63,375 nucleotides of DNA from Octopus bimaculoides (Eukaryota), in the NCBI RefSeq assembly GCF_001194135.2, contig NC_068981.1, positions 146,150,294 through 146,213,668 on the forward strand, in the 5' to 3' direction. The notes beneath the pieces are model-generated. The model did no database searches. It was not told where the DNA came from and worked only from the letters and a program-made list of their open reading frames with translations. Position 1 is the first letter of the stretch. Each line of letters opens with the position of its first letter. This document shows positions 50,494 to 63,375 of the stretch, one piece after another. A program made the translations under genes and the position numbers.

Positions 50494-51129
50494 CAGTAAC
50501 AGTAATAAAAAAAAAACTAGTAAAAGTGCTAGATCCTAACAAAAACTGAATCAATAACAGCAGAACACATTCTTCAGAAACAATGAATGGACATTTTACA
50601 AACAGCTGAACAATGAGAATGGACTTAAGAAGAATGATATATCAGATACTGAAACTGTAAGAAACCTTTAGTAAGATATTTGGTTCAAGAAATGAAATAG
50701 ATTGGTTACGCTAATTTAAAAGTGAAACACAATAATGAAGCTGCTTGGTTATAGCGGTTTGAAAGGTAAATGAAAAATAGGTCAATGAAGAGAATCTACA
50801 GGATGTTCATAGATTATCGTTACAACTTCCACAATTTAATATATTTATTGAAGTTGAGATCCATCGATCAACTTTGTATGTAAAATATATATTATGAAAG
50901 TCTTCTGACGTTTCCAATAAACTCTGTTGAGTTATCTTTATTTTTCATTTTTTATTCCTGAATTTTTAAATTGTAAAGGCAATTCATGGACACCTCGTAT
51001 GCATACATACGTAAATACGTACGTACGTACGTGTGTATGTGTGTGTGTGTGTTTCTGTGTGTGCTTAAAAAGGAACCAAATTTCGTAGGAATATACGAAC
51101 GTCTCTTATAGTTTATATAGAAAATTTAA

Positions 51130-51720
51130 GTACCAACATGAATGACAAAGATAGGATAGTGTTAAAACAAAGATTGATGAAGAAAATGGAGAAGTTTTTT
51201 ATTTTTTTTAATAGTAAATCTATTACGTGCTTACCATTGCTTTGGAAACTGATTTCGTAGCAGCTGTTTAGCTTTCTTAAGAAGGCGTGACTGTTACTAG
51301 GAGAACAATAGAGATGCAGAAAGAAATCAAAAGGAACTTCTGATCTATTGTTTAACACTAGAATAATACTAAATGAAGAGCAGACCAGAAAGAATTTAGC
51401 TATTCGTTGGATAGACAGGAAAGAATACGGTAACATACGACTGTGTTGACTTTTGGAGTGCCAAAATATCTCGAGGCCAATAAGAAAATTAATAGTTTAT
51501 TTAATAAAGCGTTGAGATCATGGCAAGTTGAACTGAAGAGCGGAAGTGAGTCGCTGGGAAATGTGATAATCCGGAAGAGAATATTTCAGGCAGACTCGTT
51601 TTCTCTAAATATTCCTTTCACAAGCATACTGGGGAAGTTTAGCTCTGATTATGAGTTTGCTGTGAACTAGAAGATATAGACGCATTTGCTGCAAATTAAT
51701 AGTAATCCTACTTCCTTCAT
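51130..51720 (+). mobile_element. R4/Dong-like LINE RT fragment
   Basis: ITCLPLLWKL; KNLAIRWID; WQVELKSGSESLGNVIIRKRIFQADSFS. Confidence 0.75.
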
Positions 51721-51896
51721 ATCTGTAACTGTTGAAATCGAATCGAGATGTCTGACGTTTTAAAATCCAGAGTTAGATCCGACTCAATTCAATGCGAATT
51801 TTATTTGAAATGTTTGAGTGACTTTAGTTAGAAACATATTTAACCCGATTTTCAAATATACAATGCTCTTTTTTTCATTTATGAGCTGTTAAATCA

Positions 51897-51971
51897 CTTC
51901 TCTCTCTCTCTCTCTCGCTCTCTCCCTCTCTCTCTTTCTCACACTCTCTCTCCCTCTCTACTTATCTCTCC

Positions 51972-52020
<49 letters not shown>
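51897..52020. repeat. (CT)n microsatellite
   Basis: Direct reading. Confidence 0.95.
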
Positions 52021-52024
<4 letters not shown>

Positions 52025-52759
52025 GCATATATGCATGTATGTATATTTATGTATATATCTGAATCTACCTAATATATATATGTACATAAACTTACACACA
52101 GCCATATATATATGTTGTTAAATGCTCGAAATACCAGACTAGAAAAGCAGCCAACAACTGATGAAGGATCGTTCTTTATGTTGTTTGTTTTCAACTTAAT
52201 GTGACAGTCCTCTGAAGGGAATAATACTACTGTTGGTTAGACATAGGAAGCTGCACCGCTTCCTGTCGGCCTTGACACATTTCCTGTGTCCTTATGTTTA
52301 CAAGGGGGAGACACGCACCTCCACCCAGTGATACTTCATCGTATCACTGCTGCATAAATCTCTCTGAGAGATTTAGAAATGTATTATTTCTAAAGTTGTT
52401 TGTTTTGTTTTCCATTCGTGTCTTTCATTGTTCGAAAGAATAATTCATGTTGCATGTTCTCGTGTTTTGTACTTTTTTGTTGTACACGTTTCGTGACGTC
52501 CTGTGCCCACATATGCATATATATATACGTATAGATGTAAGTATGTACATATACGTATGTATATATGCATATATATATATATATATATATACATATATAT
52601 ATACGTACAATTAAACACACACACAGATAAATAAATTTAAATATAAATAAAGTGATCCCCCACTTCCTCCAATGATGAAACAAAACTAAAAAAAACGACT
52701 TGCACCAAAATTACAGCCTCAAAAATTAAAGATCGGCTTAACACAAAAGCGTAAGTTGA

Positions 52760-53439
52760 CGCACAAAAAAAAAAGAACCAAGAAATGTACAGTAATTCAA
52801 TTGGAGGAAAACTTCAAATACAAAATAAGTCAAAGTTTAATATGTACAATTTGTAATGAAACAGAAGTTTCTAATGTGCTTAAACATCGCAAAGCATATA
52901 AAGAAGTGTTGAAGCTGAATTACCTGAAAAGACGTTTATCACACAAGGAACATATTTTTGCTACCGAAATTCTTTGAATCGAGATTAGTGAACCATTAAA
53001 AGTACTTTTTGAGGAAAGTTCAGATAAAGTAAAAACACAGAGAAGAGATGGGAGTAAAGGCCTCCAGAAAAATGACTTACTTATACAATGAGTTACTTGC
53101 AATATAAATATTCGCCTCAATGAACTCTGTAGAATATATACATTATCATATGTCTGAATAAGTACGTAGGCCAACATGTTGGCTTTGGGAAAATTATATA
53201 TTTAGGTTTGTAGAATCAGTATAAAGCGTTATCTATCGAAGCATTATGTCAGAAGTTCGACAATCAATATATCGTACTGTAATTGTTGATGAAAGCAGGT
53301 ATTTCTGAAGTAAAATGGTTATCCTGTATTTTAAGTTTAGGAAAAAGCTACTAGACACTATGAGACAAAGTTTCGGAGGAATTAAAATTTATTCTAACAA
53401 CACAATGTAGGATATACTGCAAAAGATATATAAGAATGC

Positions 53440-53533
<94 letters not shown>

Positions 53534-54000
53534 AAGAACTGTCCATTTTAGATGGTGGAGCTATAATGCTACGAACAACTCGACTTAAAATATTTCTCCT
53601 CTTATACTGTAACACTTTGTCGCGCCTCGTGATGATTTTGCCACACCCAATGCTAAGAATATAGTCCCAGTAACAGAAGTAGAGAATCTACTTGTAACAG
53701 TCTTTCGAAATAAGGAAGTTGAAGAGTAAGAGGAAGTTGGTAGGATTTAGTGACACGCTATCATTCCATGCTTCTAATGAAGCATGGTGGTTATCAGGAC
53801 ATTAACTTCACAAAGCATAAGCACGAATTTATGAAACCTTTCGATCCAATCGCTAAATACTGTCACAAAAAACTTTCCGATGAAACTGAAATGAGATGTT
53901 TGCAATAAATGATATTCTTCATAAACTGATGAAACTAAGCAGATTCTAACCAGAGTAAATAACGCAGTTTAATTTCTACTGAAGGTTTACAAACAGGAAA
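52760..54000 (+). mobile_element. Heavily decayed hAT-superfamily transposase, interrupted by (TG)n
   Basis: LICTICNE..KLNYLKRRLSHKEH; TVIVDES; DGGAIML; HFVAPRDD (HCxAH-like); NEAWWLSGH (RWLS-like); DPIAKYCHK; INDIL. Confidence 0.6.
53437..53530. repeat. (TG)n microsatellite
   Basis: Direct reading. Confidence 0.95.
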
Positions 54001-54285
54001 GGGAAATACTTGCAATATAAGAAAGCAATATTTTGGGAAACTTGACTAGAAAATGACAGGTCAAAACATAATTGCATCCCACAGAGAAGACAAACTATTA
54101 ACATTTCCTTGTTATATGAGTATTTGGAGAAATAATTGTTTACAAATGCGTTTGGTCTGCGCTTCATTTTCCTTTATTATTTGTATTACAAGAAATCTCC
54201 CATGATTTTGGCACAGAGAATGCTATATAAATTTTATGTGAAAATTCCAAGAATTCTTGAACTGTGTTAAAGAAAACAACCCTTT

Positions 54286-54490
54286 GCTGAATCGTTAGCA
54301 CGCCGGACAAAATGCTTAGCGGCATATCGTCTGTCTTTATGTTCTGAGTTCAAATTCTCCCGAGGTCGATTTTGCTATTCATCATTTCGGAATCGAAAAA
54401 GTAAGTACCAGTTGAACTCTGGGGTCGATATAATAGACTACCACCTCCAATGAAATAGTTGGTCTTGAGCCAGACTTTGAAAGCAATATT
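54286..54490 (+). mobile_element. SINE family B
   Basis: GAATCGTTAGCACGCCGGACAAAATGCTTAGCGGC...TTTGAAAGCAATATT. Confidence 0.9.
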
Positions 54491-54614
54491 ATGAGCGAAG
54501 TATTTAATAGCTCAAAATGTATCAGCGATATTCTAGAAAACAATTCAACCAATATGATCTACATTATGGAATAAGCCACGTCACAGATTTTTTAAATATA
54601 CCTCTTATCGTTTA

Positions 54615-54812
54615 CCTATTTTAGTCATTAGATTATGGCCATGCTGGGGCATCGTCTTAGAGAAATTTTAACCGAACGAAGCTACCCCAGTACATTTTTT
54701 AGAGCCTTGTACTTATTCTATCGAATAGTTGTGCTAAATCGCTAAGCTACGGGAAGTTAAACACACCAACAGCGGTTGTCAAGCGGTGGTGCGGAACAAA
54801 CACAGATACACA
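54615..54812 (-). mobile_element. SINE family A 3' half
   Basis: GGCCATGCTGGGGCATCG...CACACCAACAGCGGTTGTCAAGCGG...ACAAACACAGATAC. Confidence 0.8.
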
Positions 54813-55437
54813 CACACGCACACACACACACACGCTCACACACACACATACATATACATAAATACATACATATATATGTAAATATATTTTTTAAAGTATA
54901 TAATTATAAAGATTTAATTATGATTAAAGGCGCTGGAATGCTAACGCCCTTAATTATAGTTATATTTTTATAATTATATACTTAAAAATTAATTTTACGG
55001 ATGTGGTGGTTTTTTATATACTAGCTACTGATATAATCATTTTAATGATTATATCCTCAATGTATAAGTGTGTGTGCATANNNNNNNNNNNNNNNNNNNN
55101 NNNNNNNNNNNNNNNNNNNNNNNNNNNNNNNNNNNNNNNNNNNNNNNNNNNNNNNNNNNNNNNNNNNNNNNNNNNNNNNNNNNNNNNNNNNNNNNNNNNN
55201 NNNNNNNNNNNNNNNNNNNNNNNNNNNNNNNNNNNNNNNNNNNNNNNNNNNNNNNNNNNNNNNNNNNNNNNNNNNNNNNNNNNNNNNNNNNNNNNNNNNN
55301 NNNNNNNNNNNNNNNNNNNNNNNNNNNNNTATATATATTTTATATATACTTTATCTATAAGGCTCAATTTAATTTTAATTTTTTATAAATTGATTTTAAT
55401 TGAGTTTTTTACCTGTAATTTTGGATTTTGTCCCTAA

Positions 55438-55477
<40 letters not shown>

Positions 55478-55480
<3 letters not shown>

Positions 55481-55628
55481 GACAGGTTTCAGTTTCCATC
55501 TACCAAATCCACTCACAAGGTTTTGGTCGGCCATTATAGCAGAAGACATTTTCCCAAGGTGCCAAGCAGTCGGACTGAACCTGGAGCCATGTGGTTGGAA
55601 AGCAAATTTTTTATCGCACAGCCACCTT
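55478..55628 (-). mobile_element. SINE family A head
   Basis: CAGTTTCCATCTACCAAATCCACTCACAAGG...CCATGTGGTTGGAAAGC...ACAGCCAC. Confidence 0.85.
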
Positions 55629-56427
55629 TGGGCCCATGTGTTACATTGCAAGAAACGAATGTTGACTGTGGCCATGGATGCAATCTTAAGACTACCACTT
55701 TAACAACTCGATAACAGATTACAAGAATGCTGCTTCGATATGTCTGTACACATCAAATCCTGTAAATGTAGAAGGGAAATAAATCTTTAAAAATGTACAC
55801 GCATTTGAAACATGTAAAGCGTGCACGAAAAAATAATCTTATAATCTTTTTTGATAACTGAATGCTGATTACTAAAAGGCTTTTAACTGTGTTCTATTTC
55901 TGTGGATTCTTAAAACCTGAGACATGAATAAGGTAACATCAACATACAATGGGTGCAACCGATCCAATCAAAAGAAGGGATTTATAAAACGAAAGTCAAT
56001 ATTCGAAAGGTACTATCTCTTTCTTTTATCTCTCGTTTTCTTCTCGATTCTTTTCTGTTTAGTACCAACATTTTTAACAGACTGGATGAATTTACAACTG
56101 CTGTTGATTGACAATAAAGCGCCTCTCGCATGTGAAAGAATTCAAGCTGTGTGCAGCAGATTTAAAATATTCGAAGTACTGTTGCATATGGAGAACGGAT
56201 TCAAAAGAGAAGTTTGTATGAAATTATCCTTAGAAAAAAGCATTAAGATGAATTCGAAAAGACAAAAGAACTAATAAACAACACTAATTCATGTTAGATA
56301 AAAGAGAGATAAAAAAAAGAAGACCATGATCTATCTTAGAAGATCCTAAATAATAAACATAATCAATTGACAAAAAAAGGTTACTTTAAACGCATTAGAT
56401 TACTATTTAAGATTGAACTATGTAAAT

Positions 56428-56472
<45 letters not shown>

Positions 56473-56898
56473 TATATANNNNNNNNNNNNNNNNNNNNNN
56501 NNNNNNNNNNNNNNNNNNNNNNNNNNNNNNNNNNNNNNNNNNNNNNNNNNNNNNNNNNNNNNNNNNNNNNNNNNNNNNNNNNNNNNNNNNNNNNNNNNNN
56601 NNNNNNNNNNNNNNNNNNNNNNNNNNNNNNNNNNNNNNNNNNNNNNNNNNNNNNNNNNNNNNNNNNNNNNNNNNNNNNNNNNNNNNNNNNNNNNNNNNNN
56701 NNNNNNNNNNNNNNNNNNNNNNNNNNNNNNNNNNNNNNNNNNNNNNNNNNNNNNNNNNNNNNNNNNNNNNNNNNNNNNNNNNNNNNNNNNNNNNNNNNNN
56801 NNNNNNNNNNNNNNNNNNNNNNNNNNNNNNNNNNNNNNNNNNNNNNNNNNNNNNNNNNNNNNNNNNNNNNNNNNNNNNNNNNNNNNNAGAGAGAGAGA

Positions 56899-56950
<52 letters not shown>

Positions 56951-58208
56951 ATTTAGCACAAAAACAGGTAGGTTAAGTTTTCTAAAACTAGAAAACTCTT
57001 ACAGGATATCTACTGAAGAAGTATAAAAATATCGAGTAACGAATAAACGAAATGAATAGCAAAAGTTGTAAAACGGTTATATGATTAATAAATTTTCGCT
57101 TACAAGGAGCCAACACATATAGAACAAGGTTGAGGTAACAAAGAACTGCAAGTACGAATGTGACGATAATTTGAAAAAATTAGAAATAGGAGTACAAAAT
57201 CATTTGTAGAGAAAGAAGAAATAATATATATCACATACAGCTAATACAGAAATAACTGGACACCAGACGCGCGCGCGCACACACACACACATACATATGT
57301 ATNNNNNNNNNNCGGTGGTATTTTACCACACAGTTACTCGATTATCCTCATCTTGACTACACAACGACAATAGCTATAGATATAAACACATGCAGTGACA
57401 TCATAGTCACCATACATAAACACAGGGATAAATACCATACCATCATTGATATTTATCATAGTCATAGATATCCCTTAGCTTCAAAATCAACTGGGAGATT
57501 CTATTTGACTGCTAGAAATAGCAGTTAAATCCTCTACCACGCTGCATTGTCATAACAAACCTCAAATTGAATTATGTATTTTGGGCTACAATAAACATGA
57601 AGAACATTGGGAATCGTCAGAGCTCTAATGCCTTTGATCACGGAATTTCCAGATCGGGATCTAGATAAAATTAAATATCCACCCCATTAGTAACAAGGAA
57701 ATATAGCTGGATAAAATTAGATGAGGTATTATTAGTATTATAGCCATTACTGGCACAGAAAAGAAAAATTCATCACAAGAGCCTTTCATAACCAAAATGA
57801 TGAGCAAAATTAGAAAGATTTGAAAGCAAAAGTGACAATATCTTCACAGAATATTGAACATATCGTGACTAATTACATCAAAGGGAACTGCCGAAAACGA
57901 TTTGAGTTATTATAATAAAATGTCAGTTTATGAGCAGAACTCTCTTCTACCGAATAGAAGAATGAGTAATATTATATCTCCACGGAACGGTGAATGTCGA
58001 AATTGGTAGATACCTTGTGGTATCTATTAGTTGCTTCACTTTATATTCAAAATTCGAATCACGCTGAGGTGAACAATGCCTTTCATCCTTTCTTGCTCGA
58101 TAAACTAAATACCGGCGGAGTACTGGGCTCGATATGATCGATTGTTTCACTCCCATAAAATGTATAGCCTTGTACCTGACTTAGCAATCAATAATTAATT
58201 CTCTCATC

Positions 58209-58243
<35 letters not shown>

Positions 58244-59311
58244 ATCTATGTGGTCGAAATACCCGCAGCAAAGAGGAACCAAATCTTTCTCTATCTCTGT
58301 CTCACCCTCTCTCCCTTTTCTCTCTTTCTCTCTCTCTATTTATTTATTTATTTATCAATCTATCTATATATTTCTCATTATGCCATATCATTGCATTAGA
58401 TAAATAAATAAGAAGTAAGGACATATTGGATAATGCAATTTCATATACACTGTCTCTTGATATAAAAAATATGGAACGCTCATGGTTGGAACGTCTTTGA
58501 TCATAGGTCTGTTTAGTCATAGCCGACTCGGAGTGATCTACGACAATAACTCAAAGAAACATCAATGGTAGTACCATTGATATACATAAATTGCCTATTG
58601 TGTGTGCAACAGCTTCTGTAGTCATAGAACCAAAACTAGCTGGTTTATAAGGGAAGGGGAAAATGCATCCAACCATACCAAAATAGCAAATCAGGATCAT
58701 AAAAGAAGAATGGATCGATAAAAAACAAAACAACAAAAAAAGCATTGCCGATAAAATCAGAAGCCGTGTCTGGTATCACAAGTTGCGAGGTTAACTAGAA
58801 ACTGGCAACAGTAAAACAGGAATGTCGAGATCAGAGTAAAAATATTTTAATATCGATAGCCAAAATAATTTAATCTGAGCAGCGAGTCAACAGCAACAGC
58901 AACGCAGGAGGTATGTGATTATAAAGGGATTTGATGTGTGGGTTTGCTCTGTGGGGAAATTTTTACGAGAGTTTCAAGGTAAAATTAAACCCGGCAACAG
59001 CAACAGCAATCATCTTCGTCGTCGCTGAAATCATCGTCGTCGTCGTCATTATCATCATTATCATCATCACCATCATCGTCATCGTTGTCGTCATCATCAT
59101 CTACAACAACCGAAGCAGAAGAACATCGTATTATATTCAATTTGTATTTGCATCAGGCAAATGTGTCACATCTGCCGCTCCGTCATCAGTGCCTTGAGTC
59201 GGTCTCCACACCATTGCCCAGTAACAGGGTATTAAGCATTCTTTTGGAAGGAGGCCGCCATAGTAAAACAAGAATATCGTTATCAAAATTAATATTAATA
59301 GTAATTTTATT

Positions 59312-59522
59312 GAAGACGGCGAGCTATCAGAATCGTTAACAGGCCGGGTAAAATGCTTAGTGGTATTTCGTCTTTTCGTTCTGAGTTCAAATTCTGCCGA
59401 GGTCGACTTTGCTTTTCATCCCTTTCGGGGTCAATAAAATAGGTTTTAGTTGAGCACTGGGGTCGATGTAATCGACTTATCCCTGAACTTGCTCGCCTTG
59501 CGCCAAAATTTGAAGCCAATAG
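59312..59522 (+). mobile_element. SINE family B
   Basis: GACGGCGAGCTATCAGAATCGTT...GAGGTCGACTTTGCTTTTCATCCC...CCAAAATTTGAAGCCAAT. Confidence 0.9.
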
Positions 59523-59719
59523 TGATTTATGACAGAAATTTTGCTGTGGGTGGAGTCAGTTATTTATAGCAGCGAGTCAGCAACAACTCTAGTATTTGAC
59601 TCACATTTTATTTAATCGACCTCAGAACGTGGAGAGCAAAAACTATTCTAAGTAGCGAGCTGCCAACCCGAAAGTTAGAGACTTATCTGAAATAATAAAA
59701 TTTGAAATCGAATCTACCA

Positions 59720-59940
59720 ACACCATCATCACCATCACCATCACCATCACTGCATCACCCAAGTCCACCATCACAACCCCCAAATTGCCCATCACCACAA
59801 CTACTAAATCCACCGCCATCTCACCTCCAAATAACCCATCTAATCAATCACACCCGCCTTATCCACCATCCACAACACCACGGCACCAAATCCACCACTA
59901 GCACCACACTACCACTACCAGCACAACTACTACCCAATAC
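59720..59940. repeat. Degenerate (CAC/CAT)n low-complexity tract
   Basis: Direct reading. Confidence 0.85.
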
Positions 59941-59964
59941 ACATTTGCTGAAGAAACAGCTATA

Positions 59965-60180
59965 AACGGTGAGCGAGCGATACAATGAGTGACTCCATAC
60001 GTTGCCGTTCGACCTGCTAGAAACAGCAGCCAAATTTCCGTCAAATTTTCACATACTACCGCCTTCGAAAATGAAAGACATTGTGTAATGTAGTGCTCAT
60101 AACAATGTACGTGAAAAAGACGGTATGGTAATTGGTGAAACGCTTTTGATCATGGATCTGATTGATAACAACTATAAAGA
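59965..60180 (+). mobile_element. Repeat family C
   Basis: CGACCTGCTAGAAACAGCAGCCAAAT...GAAAAAGACGGTATGG...TTTTGATCATGGATCTG. Confidence 0.65.
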
Positions 60181-60335
60181 ATTTATGGCAGAAAAGATTG
60201 CCAGGAAATAGATGAGTACCGTCATTTTGATGCTAGTCATATATTTCATATACGCACGCACGCACACACACCCACGCACACACACATACACACACAAATA
60301 TATATACACATACTCTCATATACATACTATGCATA

Positions 60336-60376
<41 letters not shown>

Positions 60377-60399
60377 GTGCGCGCGCACGCGTGTATGTA

Positions 60400-60700
60400 A
60401 CAACATGAGCAGGAATGGAGAATATCACATCTTTATTTGATGATTATATATTACAGTTGTGATGATCGTTTCCACTGTACCAGTATAATGAGGTATACAA
60501 AAAAAGGTATAAAATACCAGTCAAGCATTAACTATGATATAAAGTCGTCCATAATTAGTTACGCTCTGCCATACAATACTGGCAATTTTAAATGTGATAT
60601 TTGCCTACAGGAAATGCATTATATGATTACTTGAAAATTAAAATTATTAAATTGTAGAACAAGTCTTACGTCGAAATGTTTCCATAAATATATAAAAGCA
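60400..60700 (+). mobile_element. Penelope-like element, GIY-YIG endonuclease C-terminal remnant
   Basis: INYDIKSSIISYALPYNTGNFKCDICLQEMHYMIT..LLNCRTSLTSKCFH resembles the PLE motif Y.IKW.I...Y......C.LCL.EK..I......LN.R.EL.SKCRH. Confidence 0.7.
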
Positions 60701-60859
60701 TTCAAATATTTCAATAGCCAATAACACCTCTATTATAATTGTTTTTCCTATAATCTAATTAGCATAATTTTTCTAGTTTTTTTTTAAAGATACATAAATA
60801 GCTAGATAACAAAACGTCATAGCGTAGAATTTTTATGTTTAATTTTTATTTTTCGTCAT

Positions 60860-61160
60860 CTACTGATGCCGTCATAAGTTTAATAGTAAACATGGGTTTT
60901 TCTCGAAACATAATATTTCTTCTTGTATACGTTCAAGTATTACAGATATCATTTAAGTTCGCTTTGAATTTAACCTATTTTGGGTTACCTTGATAACATT
61001 GTGCTAGCATAAATTTTTCGGATATATTCATTTAGCCTTTATTTTGTACCTTTTTTCTATATCTAAATACGCTCGCACAATAGAAACGATCTCCGGCAAT
61101 GTATGGTGTAATCATCAAATAAAGATGTAATATTCTCCATTCTTGTTCATGTTATTTACT
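60860..61160 (-). mobile_element. Second, inverted copy of the same Penelope-like fragment
   Basis: The reverse complement of 61040-61154 matches 60402-60517 (GAATGGAGAATATYACATCTTTATTTGATGATTA...GATCGTTTC...AAAAAAGGTAYAAAATA). Confidence 0.55.
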
Positions 61161-61719
61161 TTGGATTTCTTGAAATTTTTCTAAGCGATATTTGGATTTA
61201 CTTATCATGCACGAGGAATTAGCTCAGATATTAATTCTATTTAAGTTTATTGGTATCTGGTTGTTTGATGTAGTTCACCATATTTGCTTAACCAACGAGT
61301 ACTTTCTAGATATCTGACTGGATTTATTAATCCCCTCTACCTCTCATATATATATATATANNNNNNNNNNNNNNNNNNNNNNNNNNNNNNNNNNNNNNNN
61401 NNNNNNNNNNNNNNNNNNNNNNNNNNNNNNNNNNNNNNNNNNNNNNNNNNNNNNNNNNNNNNNNNNNNNNNNNNNNNNNNNNNNNNNNNNNNNNNNNNNN
61501 NNNNNNNNNNNNNNNNNNNNNNNNNNNNNNNNNNNNNNNNNNNNNNNNNNNNNNNNNNNNNNNNNNNNNNNNNNNNNNNNNNNNNNNNNNNNNNNNNNNN
61601 NNNNNNNNNNNNNNNNNNNNNNNNNNNNNNNNNNNNNNNNNNNNNNNNNNNNNNNNNNNNNNNNNNNNNNNNNNNNNNNNNNNNNNNNNNNNNNNNNNNN
61701 NNNNNNNNNNNNNNNNNNN

Positions 61720-61766
<47 letters not shown>

Positions 61767-62709
61767 CATACATGCAAACATAAAGCCACACGTACACGCA
61801 TATGTTTTCACGTATATCTTGGATAAAATAACTGATTAATGACATGTATGCAGCGACTCCCATAAATTTGGTTTTGCTTAAAAACGAAAGCAAGTAATCA
61901 CCGTTGTGATAACTTTTATATCCATATCTTTGTTTATAACAAACGACTTTGGATATGTACAGTGTTACTGGAAGGTTTTTTTTATTACATAGGCTTTAGA
62001 TATATATGGAATAATGTAAAATGCCTTCCCAACGAAAAAACATATAAACTGGAATGAATTCGATCGCAGCTTTAATCGCACAACATCATTGTCGTAGTTT
62101 TGCTTTATGTTTTAGTTTATGCGTCAGATCATATAACGATTAGTGGTACTAGTGAGTTATTTTGATTATGGCCAACTCGTCAGGTTGTTCAATAATCTTG
62201 GTAATAACAGCCGGACTAATTCTTCATAGAAATTCTTGACAGGAACCGTTGTTATATTATTGATATTCCTGAAAAAATTGTTAAATCGCTTAAGTCTTTA
62301 TGGGAAGTTCTGCAGAAGAGTTTTCTTGATGTATGGGAATTTAACTTGGCTTAAAGATTTTAAGATGTTCTTCAAAGTAGCTGTCTATTTTTGAGAAGTA
62401 TGGCATCTTCTTGCATATTTTTTTCTTATCCAAAATTTCTTGCATGCATGCGGGTCATATAGGAATTATTTGGTGTTCAGTCTGAATGATCTATTGAATC
62501 TGTAATGACACTAGTAAAAAAAAAAGTGTAAAGAAAAGAAAAAGCAAGAGGAGGAAATGGAAGAAATTTTGATATTTTCATAAATAGGTTTTAACAAATA
62601 AAATGCGAAAGTTTCAGTATTTCTGATTGGAAGCAGCTATCGTTGTCCTTTAACTTACAAATATATAATATAAAATTATAAAAGAAAAGATAAGCATTTA
62701 TATATATAT

Positions 62710-63375
62710 CAGGTCATCCCATAAATTCTGTCCGATTTTACCTTTTTTAAAATTAAATGAAATTTAATAGTATTTTAGAATGTCTAATGGAATTAAAAAT
62801 TATTTTTATGCATTTGTGTACATTTAAACTAATTAAATATCATTTTACAGAATAATAGAATTAAATTTTCTTTGATTAAAACCGTTTCTAACATGGAAGT
62901 ATCCAAAGAGCATTTAATGCACATAATGCTTTGTGAGTACGAAAAAGGAAACTCTGCACCCGAAGCGACTTGAAACATACACTCAGTTTGTGGGAAAGAA
63001 TGCTTGAATGAAAGAGTTTGCAGAAGATGGTTTGCAAAATTCAGAAGTGGAGATTTCAGCCTTGAAGATGAAGATCGAACAGGACGTCCAGTTGAGTTTG
63101 ATGATAAGCTCTTTGAGGCATTACTTGAGAAGAAAATCCTGCATTATCAGTTGAAGAATTGGCACTAAAGCTTAGTTCAAACCATACGACTGTTCATCAT
63201 CATCAACAACTTGGAAAGGTTCCTAAACTTGGAAAATTGGTGCCTCATGAATTTTCCGAAAGCAACTGCAAATCCCGAGTTGACATCTGCTCTTCTCTCC
63301 ATTCTCGCGAACTCATTTCACCCTTTTTGGATAGAATTGTGACTGGTGACGAAAAATGGATCTTCTATCGAAATG
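62710..63375 (+). mobile_element. Mariner (DD34D, Mos1/SETMAR-like) transposon 5' part with pseudogenized transposase, running off the window edge
   Basis: TA then CAGGTCATCCCATAA terminus; ATG at 62893: MEVSKEHLMHIMLCEYEKGNSAPEAT-stop(62971)...RRWFAKFRSGDFSLEDEDRTGRP..., frameshift near 63130, LVPHE, FLDRIVTGDEKWIFY. Confidence 0.95.

Noticed and set aside
52151-52195. Second hammerhead candidate (AACAA-CTGATGA-AGGA...TGTT)
   Set aside because: The required GAAA after helix II is absent; at best a remnant.
59702-59965. Pro/Ser/His-rich ORF resembling a mucin or extensin
   Set aside because: Degenerate CAC/CAT repeat with a TTG start and no splice context.
62200-62500. Possible further Penelope or LINE remnant
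   Set aside because: Too decayed to assign by eye.

Overview
AT-rich, repeat-dense animal genomic DNA with 14 N-gaps, most bordered by microsatellites. The repeat families resemble those I recall from octopod cephalopods (Octopus); this is recognition, not a database match. I find no supportable host protein-coding gene, tRNA, rRNA or CRISPR array, so the window looks intergenic or deep-intronic. Almost all listed ORFs are microsatellite or gap translations. The real content is mobile DNA: several tRNA-derived SINE families (my labels A-F), many decayed fragments of RLE-endonuclease LINEs (R4/Dong-like), CR1/L2-type and RTE LINE 3' ends, Penelope-like remnants, two Tc1/mariner transposase relics, a decayed hAT transposase, MITEs/foldbacks and a solo-LTR-like insert. 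The most interesting observations are: (1) a head-to-tail array of R4/Dong-like LINEs separated by (TACA)n tracts, suggesting tetranucleotide targeting; (2) a minimal hammerhead-ribozyme-like fold whose predicted cleavage site marks the start of an inverted-repeat arm; (3) a LINE 3' end that shares its tail with SINE family A; (4) a ~400-bp near-perfect palindrome; (5) modular SINE shuffling. Boundaries of decayed elements are by-eye estimates and may be off by tens of bases.
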